Positions 28,217-38,513 of a stretch of DNA of 64,000 nucleotides are shown here, piece after piece. Both the position numbers and the translations under genes were made by a program. The DNA is from an uncultured Saprospiraceae bacterium (GTDB lineage: Bacteria; Bacteroidota; Bacteroidia; Chitinophagales; Saprospiraceae), in assembly GCA_964573725.1 (NCBI GenBank), contig CAZNLJ010000015.1, forward strand, positions 43,738-107,737, given 5' to 3'. The notes beneath the pieces were generated by a model. The model worked only from the letters and a program-made list of their open reading frames with translations. It searched no databases and was not told where the DNA came from. How positions within the stretch are numbered: the first letter of the stretch is position 1; each line of letters opens with the position of its first letter.

Positions 28217-29581
28217 ATGGAGGTACAAGATGCAGGGCTTTTGTTCCTGGCGCTGGGACTGATCGCCGGAGGCGGAATCGGTTGGCTGCTGGCGAAGAGC
28301 CGCTTCCAGCAGCAGCGGATGGAAGACCTACGGGACAACCAACCCTCCGTCTGGCAGGAGCGGCTCTCGCACCTGTCGGCACAGCTGGAACAAACGCGCA
28401 AGGCCTTGTCCGACAAGGAAGCGGAACATCTGGAAGCCTTGAAAAACCTCGCGGGAAAGGAACGGGACATCCGCTACCTCCAGGAAAAGTTGGACGGCTG
28501 GGAGCAGGAGATGCGTCTCCTGCAGGAACGTTCCCACGCCGTCTTCGAGCAAACCGCCAACCGCCTGCTGGAAGAGAAAAGCCGGACTTTCACGACGCAC
28601 AACCACGAACGGATGAACGAGCTGCTCCAGCCCTTGCGGGAGCGGATCCGGGAATTCGGGCAAGACATCGAACAGCGGCTGTCCGCGGAGGCCAAGGAGA
28701 AGGTCTCCCTCCGCAAGGAACTGGAGATCCTGACCCAACTGAACCAGCAGTTGGGGGAGGATGCCCGCAACCTGGTGGCCGCCCTCAAGGGAGACAGCAA
28801 GGTCCAGGGAGACTGGGGGGAATGGCAGTTGGAACGCCTCCTGGAAAAGGCGGGGCTGCAACGGGACATCCATTTCAGCCTCCAGGCATCCTTCCGAAAC
28901 GAAGCCGGTAGCACGCAACGCCCCGATTGCATCATCCACCTGCCGGAAGGAAGGCAACTGATCATCGATGCCAAGGTTTCCCTGACCGCCTATGAACGGT
29001 ATTTCCAGGCCACCGAAGAAACGCAACGCAAACGCCACCTGCAGGAACATGTCCAGAGCGTCCGCCAGCACCTCCGCGAATTGGGACGCAAAGACTACCA
29101 GCAGCTCTACCAGGTCGGCACGCCGGATTACCTGCTGATGTTCGTTCCCATCGATACGGCCTTCAACCTGGCCGTCCAACAGGACAACAACCTGTATCTG
29201 GAGGCGCTGGACAAGAACATCGTCATGGTCACCTCCGCGACCCTCCTGGCCACCCTGCGCACCGTTTCCTATATCTGGCGGCAGGACAAGCAGCAGCGCA
29301 ACGTCCTGGAGATCGCCCGACAAAGCGGCTTGCTATACGATAAGTTCGTCAGCTTCCTGGAAGACCTGAAACAGGTCGGCAACCGGTTGGAACAGGCCCG
29401 GGATGCCTGGGCCGCCGCCTCCAACAAACTTTCCGATTCAACGAAATTCGGGGACACCCTCATCGGCAGGGCGGAAAGAATACGGAATCTCGGGGCTCGG
29501 ACCTCCAAACAACTGCCGCCGGAACTGTTGTCGCAGGACCCCAACGAACCGGAACCGGACGACCGGAGGGATCCCGTGTGA
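28217..29581 (+). CDS. rmuC: DNA recombination protein RmuC
   Basis: N-terminal TM segment, long coiled-coil, and conserved RmuC nuclease-like C-terminus (DYLLMFVPID..., VMVTSATLLATLRTV). Confidence 0.88.
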   Translation: MEVQDAGLLFLALGLIAGGGIGWLLAKSRFQQQRMEDLRDNQPSVWQERLSHLSAQLEQTRKALSDKEAEHLEALKNLAGKERDIRYLQEKLDGWEQEMRLLQERSHAVFEQTANRLLEEKSRTFTTHNHERMNELLQPLRERIREFGQDIEQRLSAEAKEKVSLRKELEILTQLNQQLGEDARNLVAALKGDSKVQGDWGEWQLERLLEKAGLQRDIHFSLQASFRNEAGSTQRPDCIIHLPEGRQLIIDAKVSLTAYERYFQATEETQRKRHLQEHVQSVRQHLRELGRKDYQQLYQVGTPDYLLMFVPIDTAFNLAVQQDNNLYLEALDKNIVMVTSATLLATLRTVSYIWRQDKQQRNVLEIARQSGLLYDKFVSFLEDLKQVGNRLEQARDAWAAASNKLSDSTKFGDTLIGRAERIRNLGARTSKQLPPELLSQDPNEPEPDDRRDPV

Positions 29582-29592
29582 GCGGAGCCCGC

Positions 29593-30714
29593 TCAAAGGG
29601 ACTTCCGGAAGGTCATCCGCCGTTTGTAGACCTCATGGTCGAAGTCCTTCCACAGCGAAAGGACATTGGTATTTGTCTCCAACATCGGATTGACCCGCAC
29701 CGTACGGATACCCGACCGGACCAGGGCATTGCCGGTTTCCGAAAAGATCAGGGCGTGCACCCCTCGCTTGCGCCACTCCTCCCGGACCCCGATCAGGGCG
29801 AGTTCCGCCGTGTCGTTCCAGCGTTTGGCCAGGGCCAGGTGGAACAAGCCCGTCGGGAACAATTTCCCTCCGGCTTTCCGCAGGGCCTCCGAAAGCGAAG
29901 GCATCGTGACCCCGAAGCCGATGGGCCGGTCGTCGCCGTCCACCACCACCCGGACCAGGTCCATCCGGAGAATGCGGAGGTATTGGCGGATATAAGTATA
30001 CCGCTCGTCCGCCGACAGCGGCACAAATCCGGGCAAATGCCGGTAAGTGTCGAGCAGGAGGTCGAACAGGGCATCCGTCATTCCGATCAATGCGCCCTTC
30101 CCTTTCGGCGGGAAGACCCGCATGCCGTAGCGCTCGGCGGTCAACCGGGACAAATGGGTATATCTTTCCGGGAATTTCGCCGGCAAGCGCAACATCAATT
30201 CCACCCAGCGAAGGTCCGGTTCGAAACCTAAGCCTCGAAGGTATTCCGGGTAGTAGGGATAATTGTACGCCGTGTTCGCGGTGCCCATGGCCTCGAAACC
30301 TTCGGTCAGCATCCCATTTCGATCCAGTTGGTTGAACCCGTAGGGGCCTTTCAATTGTTCACATTGTCGGTCGGCCGCCCAGTTCGCCACCGCATCGAGC
30401 AACAGGGCGGCCACGGATGGGTCGTCTATGAAGTCCAACCAGCCGAAGCGCGCCTGTTTCACCGCCGTGTGGGCGGTTTCCAAGTGATTGATGATCCCGG
30501 CCACCCGCCCGACGACCGCCCCCTTCCGTTCGGCGAGATACAGGACGGCTTCGGAATGGGAAAAGGCGGGATTCTTTTCGGGGGATAAGGTGTTTCGTTC
30601 CGCGTGGACGATCGGGGGTACCCAATATGGATGGTTCCCGTACAAAGTGAAGGGGAATTCGACGAATGCCTGCAAGGCTTCCCTGGAATCGACTACTTTT
30701 AGTGTTGTTTTCAT
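29593..30714 (-). CDS. GNAT family N-acetyltransferase (about 370 aa Bacteroidota type)
   Basis: Conserved N-terminus (FVEFPFTLYGNHPYWVPP) and C-terminal acetyl-CoA binding-like region (LIGVREEWRKRGVHALI). Start moved to MKTTLKVV. Confidence 0.65.
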   Translation of the reverse strand: MKTTLKVVDSREALQAFVEFPFTLYGNHPYWVPPIVHAERNTLSPEKNPAFSHSEAVLYLAERKGAVVGRVAGIINHLETAHTAVKQARFGWLDFIDDPSVAALLLDAVANWAADRQCEQLKGPYGFNQLDRNGMLTEGFEAMGTANTAYNYPYYPEYLRGLGFEPDLRWVELMLRLPAKFPERYTHLSRLTAERYGMRVFPPKGKGALIGMTDALFDLLLDTYRHLPGFVPLSADERYTYIRQYLRILRMDLVRVVVDGDDRPIGFGVTMPSLSEALRKAGGKLFPTGLFHLALAKRWNDTAELALIGVREEWRKRGVHALIFSETGNALVRSGIRTVRVNPMLETNTNVLSLWKDFDHEVYKRRMTFRKSL

Positions 30715-30857
30715 CGTATGGCGATCCTCCCGCCTTGCCTGCCGGAAGGGCGGCACCCTCGGGAGGCAGGTAGCGACGGATGAACGGCGGCAGGTCGGTG
30801 CGGGATCGGGCCGGTGTGCGGGGGCACCAACCTACCGGAATTAAAACAAAAATCCAG

Positions 30858-31544
30858 ATGGCGGCAATCTTTCGGCGTAACAAGACCTATTTTCTGCTCA
30901 TGGCGGTTTTTCTCGTGGCTGGTGGCTACTTGTGGATCCGAACCGACCGGATGGCTGCCATCCTTTTTTTCAATGGGGAAAGAAGTGGGGCTGCGGACTC
31001 ATTCTTTCCCTTTATAACACGTTTCGGGGAGGCTTGGTTGTTCGTCCTGGTCGCTTTGGCGGCTTTGGCCTATCGGGTACGGTTGGCGGTGTTGGTCGGA
31101 TTGACCGGCATCGCCGCGCTGTTGGTGAGCGCCGGATTGAAGGCCGTCTTCCAGGTCGACCGGCCGCTGGCCTTTTTCCGGCAAATGGGCATGGAAACAC
31201 AGCTGCAGCTCGTCCCCGGCGTCGAGCTGCACACGGGGGCGACGAGTTTTCCTTCCGGGCATACGACGGCGGCATTCGCCTTGTACGGCCTGCTGGCGAT
31301 CCTATCCGGACCCGGCGTGTTCCGGGCCTTCGTTTTTTTTCTCACCGCCCTGCTGGTGGGCGTTTCCCGGGTCTATCTCATCCAGCATTTCTGGGCGGAT
31401 GTGTATTGGGGCGGCCTGATCGGGACCTTGCTTGCCATGGGTATGTACCGACTCGACCGAGGGGTCACCTTCCCTGCCGGCAGCCTCATGGACCGTCCGT
31501 TGTTGCCCCGGCCTTCCGGATGGTCCGCCAGGAAAAAAAGATGA
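30858..31544 (+). CDS. PAP2 family phosphatase (membrane)
   Basis: PAP2 motifs SFPSGHT and SRVYLIQHFWADV. Multiple TM segments. Confidence 0.82.
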   Translation: MAAIFRRNKTYFLLMAVFLVAGGYLWIRTDRMAAILFFNGERSGAADSFFPFITRFGEAWLFVLVALAALAYRVRLAVLVGLTGIAALLVSAGLKAVFQVDRPLAFFRQMGMETQLQLVPGVELHTGATSFPSGHTTAAFALYGLLAILSGPGVFRAFVFFLTALLVGVSRVYLIQHFWADVYWGGLIGTLLAMGMYRLDRGVTFPAGSLMDRPLLPRPSGWSARKKR

Positions 31545-31559
31545 GCCCGGCGGCATGCC

Positions 31560-32501
31560 CTACCCTTCCCGATAAAGGATTCCTTTGTCCACGCGGTCCG
31601 GCAGGCTTCCGAAGGTAGCGATCTTGAGTTCCGCCATATTCCGGGCGGCCTTGGCACAGGACAAGAGGTCTGCGCCGTCCAACCAGGCCGTCAGGAAGCC
31701 GGACCAGAACGCGTCCCCCGCCCCGGTGGTGTCCGCGACCTTGACCGGCCTGGCGGGCAGGAAATGGAGCTGGTCTGCCTCCGCCACCCAGGCACCGTCG
31801 CCCCCCAGGGTCAGGCAGACCACCGAAGCCCCCAGGGACAGGAAGTGGCGGCATGCCGCTTCCGGTGCTTGCAAGGGGGTCCCGTACAACCGTTCCCAAT
31901 CCACCTCGCTCACCTTGACCAAGGCCCCCAGCCCGCAGTAAGCGGCCACCACCTGCCGGGCAGCCTCCTGGTCCGGCCAGACCTTCCGTGCATAATTGAG
32001 GTCGATGCTCACGGAGCGACCCGCGGCGGCGGCGGCCTCGGCCGCCGACAAGAGGGTCTCCTGCGCGGGCGGTCGGCTCAATGCGAAACAGGTGGTGTGG
32101 AAGATGCTGGCCTCGGCCGCCAGCGCCGGCCCCAGCTGGTCGGGTAATAGCTGGGTGTCCGCCTGCCGGTATACCTCGAATTGCGGCACATTTTCGGAAC
32201 GGGTGACCAAGACCAGGCTGGTCGGCAGGGAGCTGTGACGAATGTATCCGGTATCCACCCCCAGCCGCTCCACCGCCGCCCGCAGGTGATGGCCCAACTG
32301 GTCGTCACCCAAGGTGCAGACCAAGCGGGTCCGGTTCCCCAAGCGGGCCATGTTGGCGCCCAAATTGGCCGGACTTCCGCCGGCAACCGGCCGGAACGCG
32401 GTAACCAAGGCAAAATCATCGGTGAACTCGGTGCTGATCAGGTCCAGGAGATATTCCCCGGCGACCAGGATGTCCGTCCCGCCACTTCGTCTGCTTTGCA
32501 T
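31560..32501 (-). CDS. PfkB family carbohydrate kinase
   Basis: Ribokinase-fold motifs GGSPANLG and DTTGAGDAF. Confidence 0.82.
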   Translation of the reverse strand: MQSRRSGGTDILVAGEYLLDLISTEFTDDFALVTAFRPVAGGSPANLGANMARLGNRTRLVCTLGDDQLGHHLRAAVERLGVDTGYIRHSSLPTSLVLVTRSENVPQFEVYRQADTQLLPDQLGPALAAEASIFHTTCFALSRPPAQETLLSAAEAAAAAGRSVSIDLNYARKVWPDQEAARQVVAAYCGLGALVKVSEVDWERLYGTPLQAPEAACRHFLSLGASVVCLTLGGDGAWVAEADQLHFLPARPVKVADTTGAGDAFWSGFLTAWLDGADLLSCAKAARNMAELKIATFGSLPDRVDKGILYREG

Positions 32502-32615
32502 GAGAACAAGAATTGAAATGAAACGTTATACCAATCGACCGCCACCGGCTTGCAAAAGCGCCGCAGCGGATCTTCGAGCGTATCCATCAAAGACAAAGGC
32601 CTCTCGCCCGCACCT

Positions 32616-34256
32616 ATGGTAACTACCCATCGCAATGCCACCCGCCGGGACCTCCCGGCCGAACGGTTCGACCTCCTCGTCATCGGTGGCGGCATCACCG
32701 GTGCCGGCATCGCCCTGGATGCCGCCGCCCGCGGCCTGAAAGTCCTCCTCCTGGAAAAGACCGATTTCGCCGCCGGCACCAGCAGCAAATCTACAAAATT
32801 GATCCATGGCGGATTGCGCTATTTGAAACAGCTGGAATTCAAGTTGGTACGGGAAGTCGGCCAGGAACGCGCCATCGTCCACCACCTGGCGCCCCACCTG
32901 GTCAAGGCCGAAAAGATGTTGCTGCCCATCTTTCGGGACGGCACCTTCGGCAAACATTCCACGGCCTTCGGGCTGTGGTTGTACGACCGGCTCGCCGGTG
33001 TCCGCCCGGAAGACCGCCGGCGGATGTTCGACCGCAGGACGACCCTCGCCCAGGAACCGCTCCTGCATCCGGACGGCCTCCGGGGCGGCGGTTTTTATGC
33101 GGAATACCGCACCGACGATGCCCGGCTCACCATCGAACTGGTCAAGGCCGCCGTCCGCCTGGGCGCCGGTTGCCTCAACTACGCCGAGGTCCTTTCCTTC
33201 CGCTACCAATCGGACGGGACAGTGCAAGGGGTGGACTTCAGGGATATCACCGACGGCTCCCTCCATGCCGTGGACGCCACCCATATCGTCAGTGCGGCGG
33301 GCCCTTGGGTGGACCGGCTGCGCGAAAAGGACGGTTCCCGCGAAGGCAAACAGATTTTCCTCTCCAAAGGGGTCCACCTGGTCGTCGCCCGCGAACGCTT
33401 GCCCATCAAACAGGCTGTTTACTTCGATGTAGCCGACGGCAGGATGCTCTTCGCCATTCCCCGCCACCGGACCACCTATATCGGTACCACCGACACGCCG
33501 TACGATGGCGACCCGGACCAGGTATTCGCCGACGCCGATGACGTCGCCTACCTGCTGGCAGGTACCAACCGGATGTTCCCCTCCGTTCGGCTGACACCCG
33601 CCGATGTGGAAAGCACCTGGGCCGGCTTGCGCCCCTTGATTTACGAAGCCGGGAAATCCGCCGGCGAAATGTCCCGCAAGGACGAGATTTTCCAATCCCC
33701 GACCGGCCTCATCTCCATCGCCGGCGGCAAATTGACCGGCTACCGGAAAATGGCGGCCCGCGTCGTGGACCTCGTCATGCAAAAACGGAAAGCCGAAGGC
33801 CTCGGAGCCTTCCAACCTTGCCGGACCCACCGCCTGCCGCTCGTGGCCGGCGACCCCTTGACGAGCACCGCCCTGTCGCGACTCCGCGCGGATATCCGGA
33901 CACGGGTCGAATCGGAAAACCTCCCCGATTTCTACACGGATTACCTCCTGGAGAATTACGGTCCCGACACCCCGCTTGTCCTGTCGGATATGCCCACCTT
34001 CGATTCCCCCCATCCGGAGACCCGTTTGCTTCGCGCGGAATTGCAATTCTCCGTCCGGCACGAATGGGTGGTCGAACCCGCCGATTTCCTCGAACGGCGC
34101 ACCGGCCGCCTCTACTTCCATATCCGGAGCATCGAGGACAACCTGCCGGTCCTCCTCGCCGATATGGGCCGGCTGCTTTCCTGGTCGGCCGAAAAAAGCG
34201 CAGCCGCCGAATCGGACATCCGCGCGCTGCTCCGGAAGGTCCGGGTCTTCCGATGA
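32616..34256 (+). CDS. glpD: FAD-dependent glycerol-3-phosphate dehydrogenase/oxidase
   Basis: DLLVIGGGITGAGIALDAAARG Rossmann motif, TSSKSTKLIHGGLRYL, and the GlpD C-terminal domain. Start moved to M at 32616. Confidence 0.88.
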   Translation: MVTTHRNATRRDLPAERFDLLVIGGGITGAGIALDAAARGLKVLLLEKTDFAAGTSSKSTKLIHGGLRYLKQLEFKLVREVGQERAIVHHLAPHLVKAEKMLLPIFRDGTFGKHSTAFGLWLYDRLAGVRPEDRRRMFDRRTTLAQEPLLHPDGLRGGGFYAEYRTDDARLTIELVKAAVRLGAGCLNYAEVLSFRYQSDGTVQGVDFRDITDGSLHAVDATHIVSAAGPWVDRLREKDGSREGKQIFLSKGVHLVVARERLPIKQAVYFDVADGRMLFAIPRHRTTYIGTTDTPYDGDPDQVFADADDVAYLLAGTNRMFPSVRLTPADVESTWAGLRPLIYEAGKSAGEMSRKDEIFQSPTGLISIAGGKLTGYRKMAARVVDLVMQKRKAEGLGAFQPCRTHRLPLVAGDPLTSTALSRLRADIRTRVESENLPDFYTDYLLENYGPDTPLVLSDMPTFDSPHPETRLLRAELQFSVRHEWVVEPADFLERRTGRLYFHIRSIEDNLPVLLADMGRLLSWSAEKSAAAESDIRALLRKVRVFR

Positions 34257-34404
34257 GCCGCTTGCCGTCCGCCGGTGAGGCGGGGACGTTCCTCGCGGCG
34301 GCGCTACCCTTTTCCGGACACCCGGTACACAGATTCCGGGACCGCATGGCCTGATTTCCCCGGAAAGCGGTTAGCTTTGCCACTGAAAAACATCTTTTCC
34401 CCGT

Positions 34405-35226
34405 ATGGATTACAAGCCGCTGATTCTGCTGACCAATGACGACGGCATCAACGCCCCGGGACTGAAGGCCTTGCTCGATGTCGCCACCGAACTCGGTGAG
34501 GTGATTGTCGTGGCTCCGGATTCGCCCCAGTCCGGGCAAGGACATGCCATCACCCTCAAAGACCCGCTGCGGCTCCGGAAAGTGGACCTGTTCGAAAAGG
34601 TCGAGGCCTGGGAGTGCAGCGGCACCCCGGTGGATTGTGTCAAACTGGCCAAACACATCATCCTCCACCAACGGGAGGCCGACCTGTGCGTCTCCGGCAT
34701 CAATCACGGGTCCAATGCCTCGCTCAACATCCTGTACTCCGGGACGATGTCCGCCGCGATGGAGGCCTCCCTCGAAGGGATAGACTCCATTGGGTTCTCC
34801 CTGCTGGATTATGCCTGGGATGCGGATTTCGAGGCGGCCAAGCCTTTCATCCGGCGCATCATGAAACATGTGCTCCGCCATGGGTTGGACCATTGCAAAT
34901 TGTTGAATGTCAACATCCCGAACATCAAGCGAGAAGAGATAAAGGGGATTCGCATCTGCCGGCAGGCCGAAGCCAGGTGGATCGAACGCTATGTGGAATC
35001 CGTAGATCCGCGCGGTCAGAAATACTACTGGCTGACCGGCGATTTCCTGAACGAGGACAGCGGCGAGGACACGGATATCCACGCCCTGGAGCAAGGTTTC
35101 ATTTCCGTCGTCCCTTCCGGCCATGACCTGACCCGCTATCCGGCCATTCCGCCGCTTCGGGCGCTGGAGGCCACGGAACAGCCCCCGGATGGCGTCGGGG
35201 AGTCCGAGGTCCGGCACACGAGGTAG
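34405..35226 (+). CDS. surE: 5'/3'-nucleotidase SurE
   Basis: ILLTNDDGINAPGL N-terminal signature. GINHGSN. Confidence 0.9.
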   Translation: MDYKPLILLTNDDGINAPGLKALLDVATELGEVIVVAPDSPQSGQGHAITLKDPLRLRKVDLFEKVEAWECSGTPVDCVKLAKHIILHQREADLCVSGINHGSNASLNILYSGTMSAAMEASLEGIDSIGFSLLDYAWDADFEAAKPFIRRIMKHVLRHGLDHCKLLNVNIPNIKREEIKGIRICRQAEARWIERYVESVDPRGQKYYWLTGDFLNEDSGEDTDIHALEQGFISVVPSGHDLTRYPAIPPLRALEATEQPPDGVGESEVRHTR

Positions 35227-35255
35227 CCCGCCTAGCCACCTAAATACCCGAAAGC

Positions 35256-35561
35256 ATGAAATGGATGGAAAAAGACACGCTGATGAACGGCCTGCTTGGG
35301 GGAATCCTGATGCCTGTCCTGGTGTTCGCCCTCCTGTACGGTGCCTATCACCTGCTGGAACTGTCCGGTCTGCTGCCCACCGCCCGGTTTTCCCCTTATT
35401 TCCGGGAGCGTACCTGCAGCATCATCGGTATCGCCACCAATGCCTGGCTGCTCAACCGGTCGCAGCAACATTACCGGCGGCAAGCGGTCCGCGGCATCGT
35501 CTTGGCCACCACCGCCTGGGTCGTCGCCTGGCTTGCCGTATTCGGAAAATACGTACTGTAG
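35256..35561 (+). CDS. Small membrane protein of unknown function
   Basis: Three hydrophobic segments. Sits 30 nt downstream of surE. Confidence 0.5.
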   Translation: MKWMEKDTLMNGLLGGILMPVLVFALLYGAYHLLELSGLLPTARFSPYFRERTCSIIGIATNAWLLNRSQQHYRRQAVRGIVLATTAWVVAWLAVFGKYVL

Positions 35562-35568
35562 CGCCGCG

Positions 35569-36609
35569 TTACGACGAGAAGCCGAGCTGGGACGCCAATC
35601 TCGCCGACAGGGTCGGCAGGTTCCTCCGCTCGATGAGAAAGCTGTTCAGGGCGGCCACCTCCCGGAAAATATAATGCTTGTCCAGGGCGGCACGCAGGTA
35701 TTCCTGACCGGAAGAACCGCCTGTCCCCACCCGGGTCCCGATCATCCGGTGCACCATGTTCATGTGCCGATACCGCCAGGTCGAAAGCAACTCGTCGATC
35801 TCCAGCAGAAAATTCAACAACTGGAAGGGCATCTGTAACATCGGATAACCCCGGTAAAGCAGGATGAACAGCGCTGCCCGGCATGCCTTGGGCGACAAGC
35901 GTCGACCCTCGGAGGCATCGGCGAGGAAAATCCGGTCGAATTCCGCCAGGTTTCCGCGCTCCCGCTCCTGAAGACCGTTCGCATAGCTATCCCGGTACCG
36001 GAACCAAAACGGATGGACGGCACCTTCCCCGGCCGGTGCCGGGTAGGATGGCCAACAGGCGGGATCGTCGAAGAAAGGCATCCTCTCCAGCCAGGTCGCC
36101 ACCTGTTCCAACAAGGACTGGCGGCTATCGGCCGTTTGCAGGACGGCCACTTCCTCCGGTTTCAGTTGGGACAGGTAATGTTCCTTCCCGAACCTTTCGT
36201 CGAATTGCAGACCCAGGCGGGCCTCCAGCAACTTGAATTGCAGACTTTGGAAACCGGATGCAGGGCGCAGGAAATCGCGGAAATCCAGGAAGTCCATGGG
36301 GGTCATGGTCTCCAGGATGTCGATTTGGTGGACGGCCACCCGAAGGATGACACAGATCCGGTTCAACCGGTGCACAATGGTCTGCAGGTCCGGGGAATTG
36401 TCCGGAATCACCGTCTGTCCCATCGTGGCCAGGATCGCCTCCACTTCGAAGAGGATCTGTTTGAACCACAGCTCATACGTCTGATGGATGACAATGAAGA
36501 GCATCTCGTCGTGCGCCGGCGACCCATGCCGGTCGCTTTCCGGCTCCTGGGCGTTCAGTATCCGGTCCAAACGCAGGTAGGTAGCATAATTCACCGCTTG
36601 TGTCGGCAT
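35569..36609 (-). CDS. kynA: Tryptophan 2,3-dioxygenase
   Basis: YATYLRLDRILNAQ..., HDEMLFIVIHQTYELWFKQ and GTGGSSG motifs typical of TDO. Start moved to MPTQAVNY. Confidence 0.88.
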   Translation of the reverse strand: MPTQAVNYATYLRLDRILNAQEPESDRHGSPAHDEMLFIVIHQTYELWFKQILFEVEAILATMGQTVIPDNSPDLQTIVHRLNRICVILRVAVHQIDILETMTPMDFLDFRDFLRPASGFQSLQFKLLEARLGLQFDERFGKEHYLSQLKPEEVAVLQTADSRQSLLEQVATWLERMPFFDDPACWPSYPAPAGEGAVHPFWFRYRDSYANGLQERERGNLAEFDRIFLADASEGRRLSPKACRAALFILLYRGYPMLQMPFQLLNFLLEIDELLSTWRYRHMNMVHRMIGTRVGTGGSSGQEYLRAALDKHYIFREVAALNSFLIERRNLPTLSARLASQLGFSS

Positions 36610-36967
36610 GATCGTCTTTGTTGTTTGGTCGTGAATGGCGGAGCGGAGCCCGGAGCCGCCGTTCCGCCGCTTTCCGCAGCGGCCGGCCAGCGGCGGGCGA
36701 GCGATGCGGACGCCAAAGTACCACAAATTCCGAACCTTGGCATCCCGTACTGAGAAAAGTCAGCCCCCGCTTGTCCGCCGCGTATCGACAAATCTTTTGG
36801 CCGGAATGGCAAAGACTTGTAATTTTAAGGGGTCGGACCATTTGAAAGATCTCCCCTGGCCAATCGGCCGCGGGATTTCCCTGTCAACGGGAAGGCAGGT
36901 CGGACGCCACCACAGGCAAGCGGGAAGTCGGCGGCGGATCCTTTCCCGGCAAACCGAAAGCATCCGT

Positions 36968-37240
36968 ATGCAAAGTTTGACCACGCTAAGAAATTTCGGC
37001 CCTTACATGGTCCGGGTCATGCAGGAGATCGGCATCTGTTCCGTGGAGGAACTGCTGGCGTCCGATTACCGGGAAATCAGGGACCGGTTGCTCGAAAAGG
37101 GCATCCGCCCCCACCTGAACCTGTTTTATTCCATCGAGATGGGCCTGCAGGACAGGGGCTGGCAGGAAATCACCGCGGCGGAAAAACAGGAGATACGAAA
37201 CTTACTGGCGGCTGACCCGACGCGGAATCCGTCCGGATAA
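36968..37240 (+). CDS. TfoX C-terminal domain-like protein
   Basis: LTTLRNFGPYMVRVMQEIGICSVEEL helix-hairpin-helix-like TfoX_C pattern. Only the last 90 codons of the 201-aa ORF look coding. Confidence 0.55.
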   Translation: MQSLTTLRNFGPYMVRVMQEIGICSVEELLASDYREIRDRLLEKGIRPHLNLFYSIEMGLQDRGWQEITAAEKQEIRNLLAADPTRNPSG

Positions 37241-37374
37241 GGGCACCCGACCAAGCCGGGTGCCGGCGATGGCCGGGCCGGCACGGCGGTCACCGTTCGA
37301 AACCATACAGACTGCGGGAAAGGATGTCTTTGGCAGCCGATTTCCGACAAACCTGACTTCATCTCAAGCATGCT

Positions 37375-38499
37375 ATGCGATATTTTATCCTTGCGGGGGA
37401 GGCCTCCGGCGACCTGCACGGCGCCCGACTGGTAGAAGCTTTACGGACAGCGGATGAAGATGCCGACATCCGTTGCTGGGGCGGGGAGCGGATGGCGGCG
37501 GCAGGCGCGAACCTGACGAAACATTACCGGGAGCTAGCGTACATGGGCTTTGTGGAGGTGGTCCGCCATTTGCCGCAGATCATGCGCAACTTCCGGACAT
37601 GCCGGCGGGAGATCGGCGATTTCGGTCCGGATGCCTTGATACTGATCGATTATCCGGGATTCAACCTCCGGATGGCGCGCTGGGCGCAAAGGCAGGGATA
37701 TCGGGTGTACTATTACATTTCGCCGCAACTTTGGGCCTGGCACAGCAGCCGGGTCCGCATCATACGCGACCATGTCCGCCTGCTTTTCTCCATCCTGCCG
37801 TTCGAGACGGACTTTTATTCGGCACACGGGGTCAATGTCCATTACGTCGGACATCCCTTGTTGGAAACGATCGCCGCACCGGCACCGGGGCGTGGAGCCG
37901 CCCCGAAAGGTGCCCGGCCGGTCGTGGCGTTGCTGCCCGGAAGCCGGGTCCAGGAGATCCGGCGGATGCTGCCCGTCATGGCCCAGGTGGCGCAGAAACA
38001 CGACTCCTGGCACTTTGTAGTGGCGGCGGCACCGGCCGTACCGAAGCAGCTGTATGCCCAGCTACTGGGTGAGGACAGTCCGGTGACGGTCGTATACGAC
38101 CAGACCTACGGACTCTTGCGGGAGGCGACGGCGGCATTGGTCACCTCCGGGACGGCCACCCTGGAGACGGCGCTGTCCGGTGTCCCCCAGGTGGTCTGTT
38201 ACAAGGGCGGCAGGATATCCTATTGGTTGGCCCGGCGCTTGGTGAATCCTTCCCTGCGACATATTTCCCTGGTCAACCTGGTCCTCGGCAGGGACCTGGT
38301 GCGCGAACTCATCCAATCGGCATGTACGGCGGACCAACTGGATGCGGCGCTCCGGGACTTGTTCCGGCCGGCGGTACGGGAAGCCGTATCGGCGGGATAT
38401 GCGGAAATCCGTTCGCTGCTGGGGCCGGCACAGGCATCCGGGCGGACGGCCCGCATGATAGTCCGGGACCTGGAAGCACAGCGGCAGGACCGGAATTGA
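37375..38499 (+). CDS. lpxB: Lipid-A-disaccharide synthase
   Basis: MRYFILAGEASGDLHGARL N-terminus, GT19 length and motifs. Confidence 0.9.
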   Translation: MRYFILAGEASGDLHGARLVEALRTADEDADIRCWGGERMAAAGANLTKHYRELAYMGFVEVVRHLPQIMRNFRTCRREIGDFGPDALILIDYPGFNLRMARWAQRQGYRVYYYISPQLWAWHSSRVRIIRDHVRLLFSILPFETDFYSAHGVNVHYVGHPLLETIAAPAPGRGAAPKGARPVVALLPGSRVQEIRRMLPVMAQVAQKHDSWHFVVAAAPAVPKQLYAQLLGEDSPVTVVYDQTYGLLREATAALVTSGTATLETALSGVPQVVCYKGGRISYWLARRLVNPSLRHISLVNLVLGRDLVRELIQSACTADQLDAALRDLFRPAVREAVSAGYAEIRSLLGPAQASGRTARMIVRDLEAQRQDRN

Positions 38500-38513
38500 G
38501 GCGGCGGCCCCGT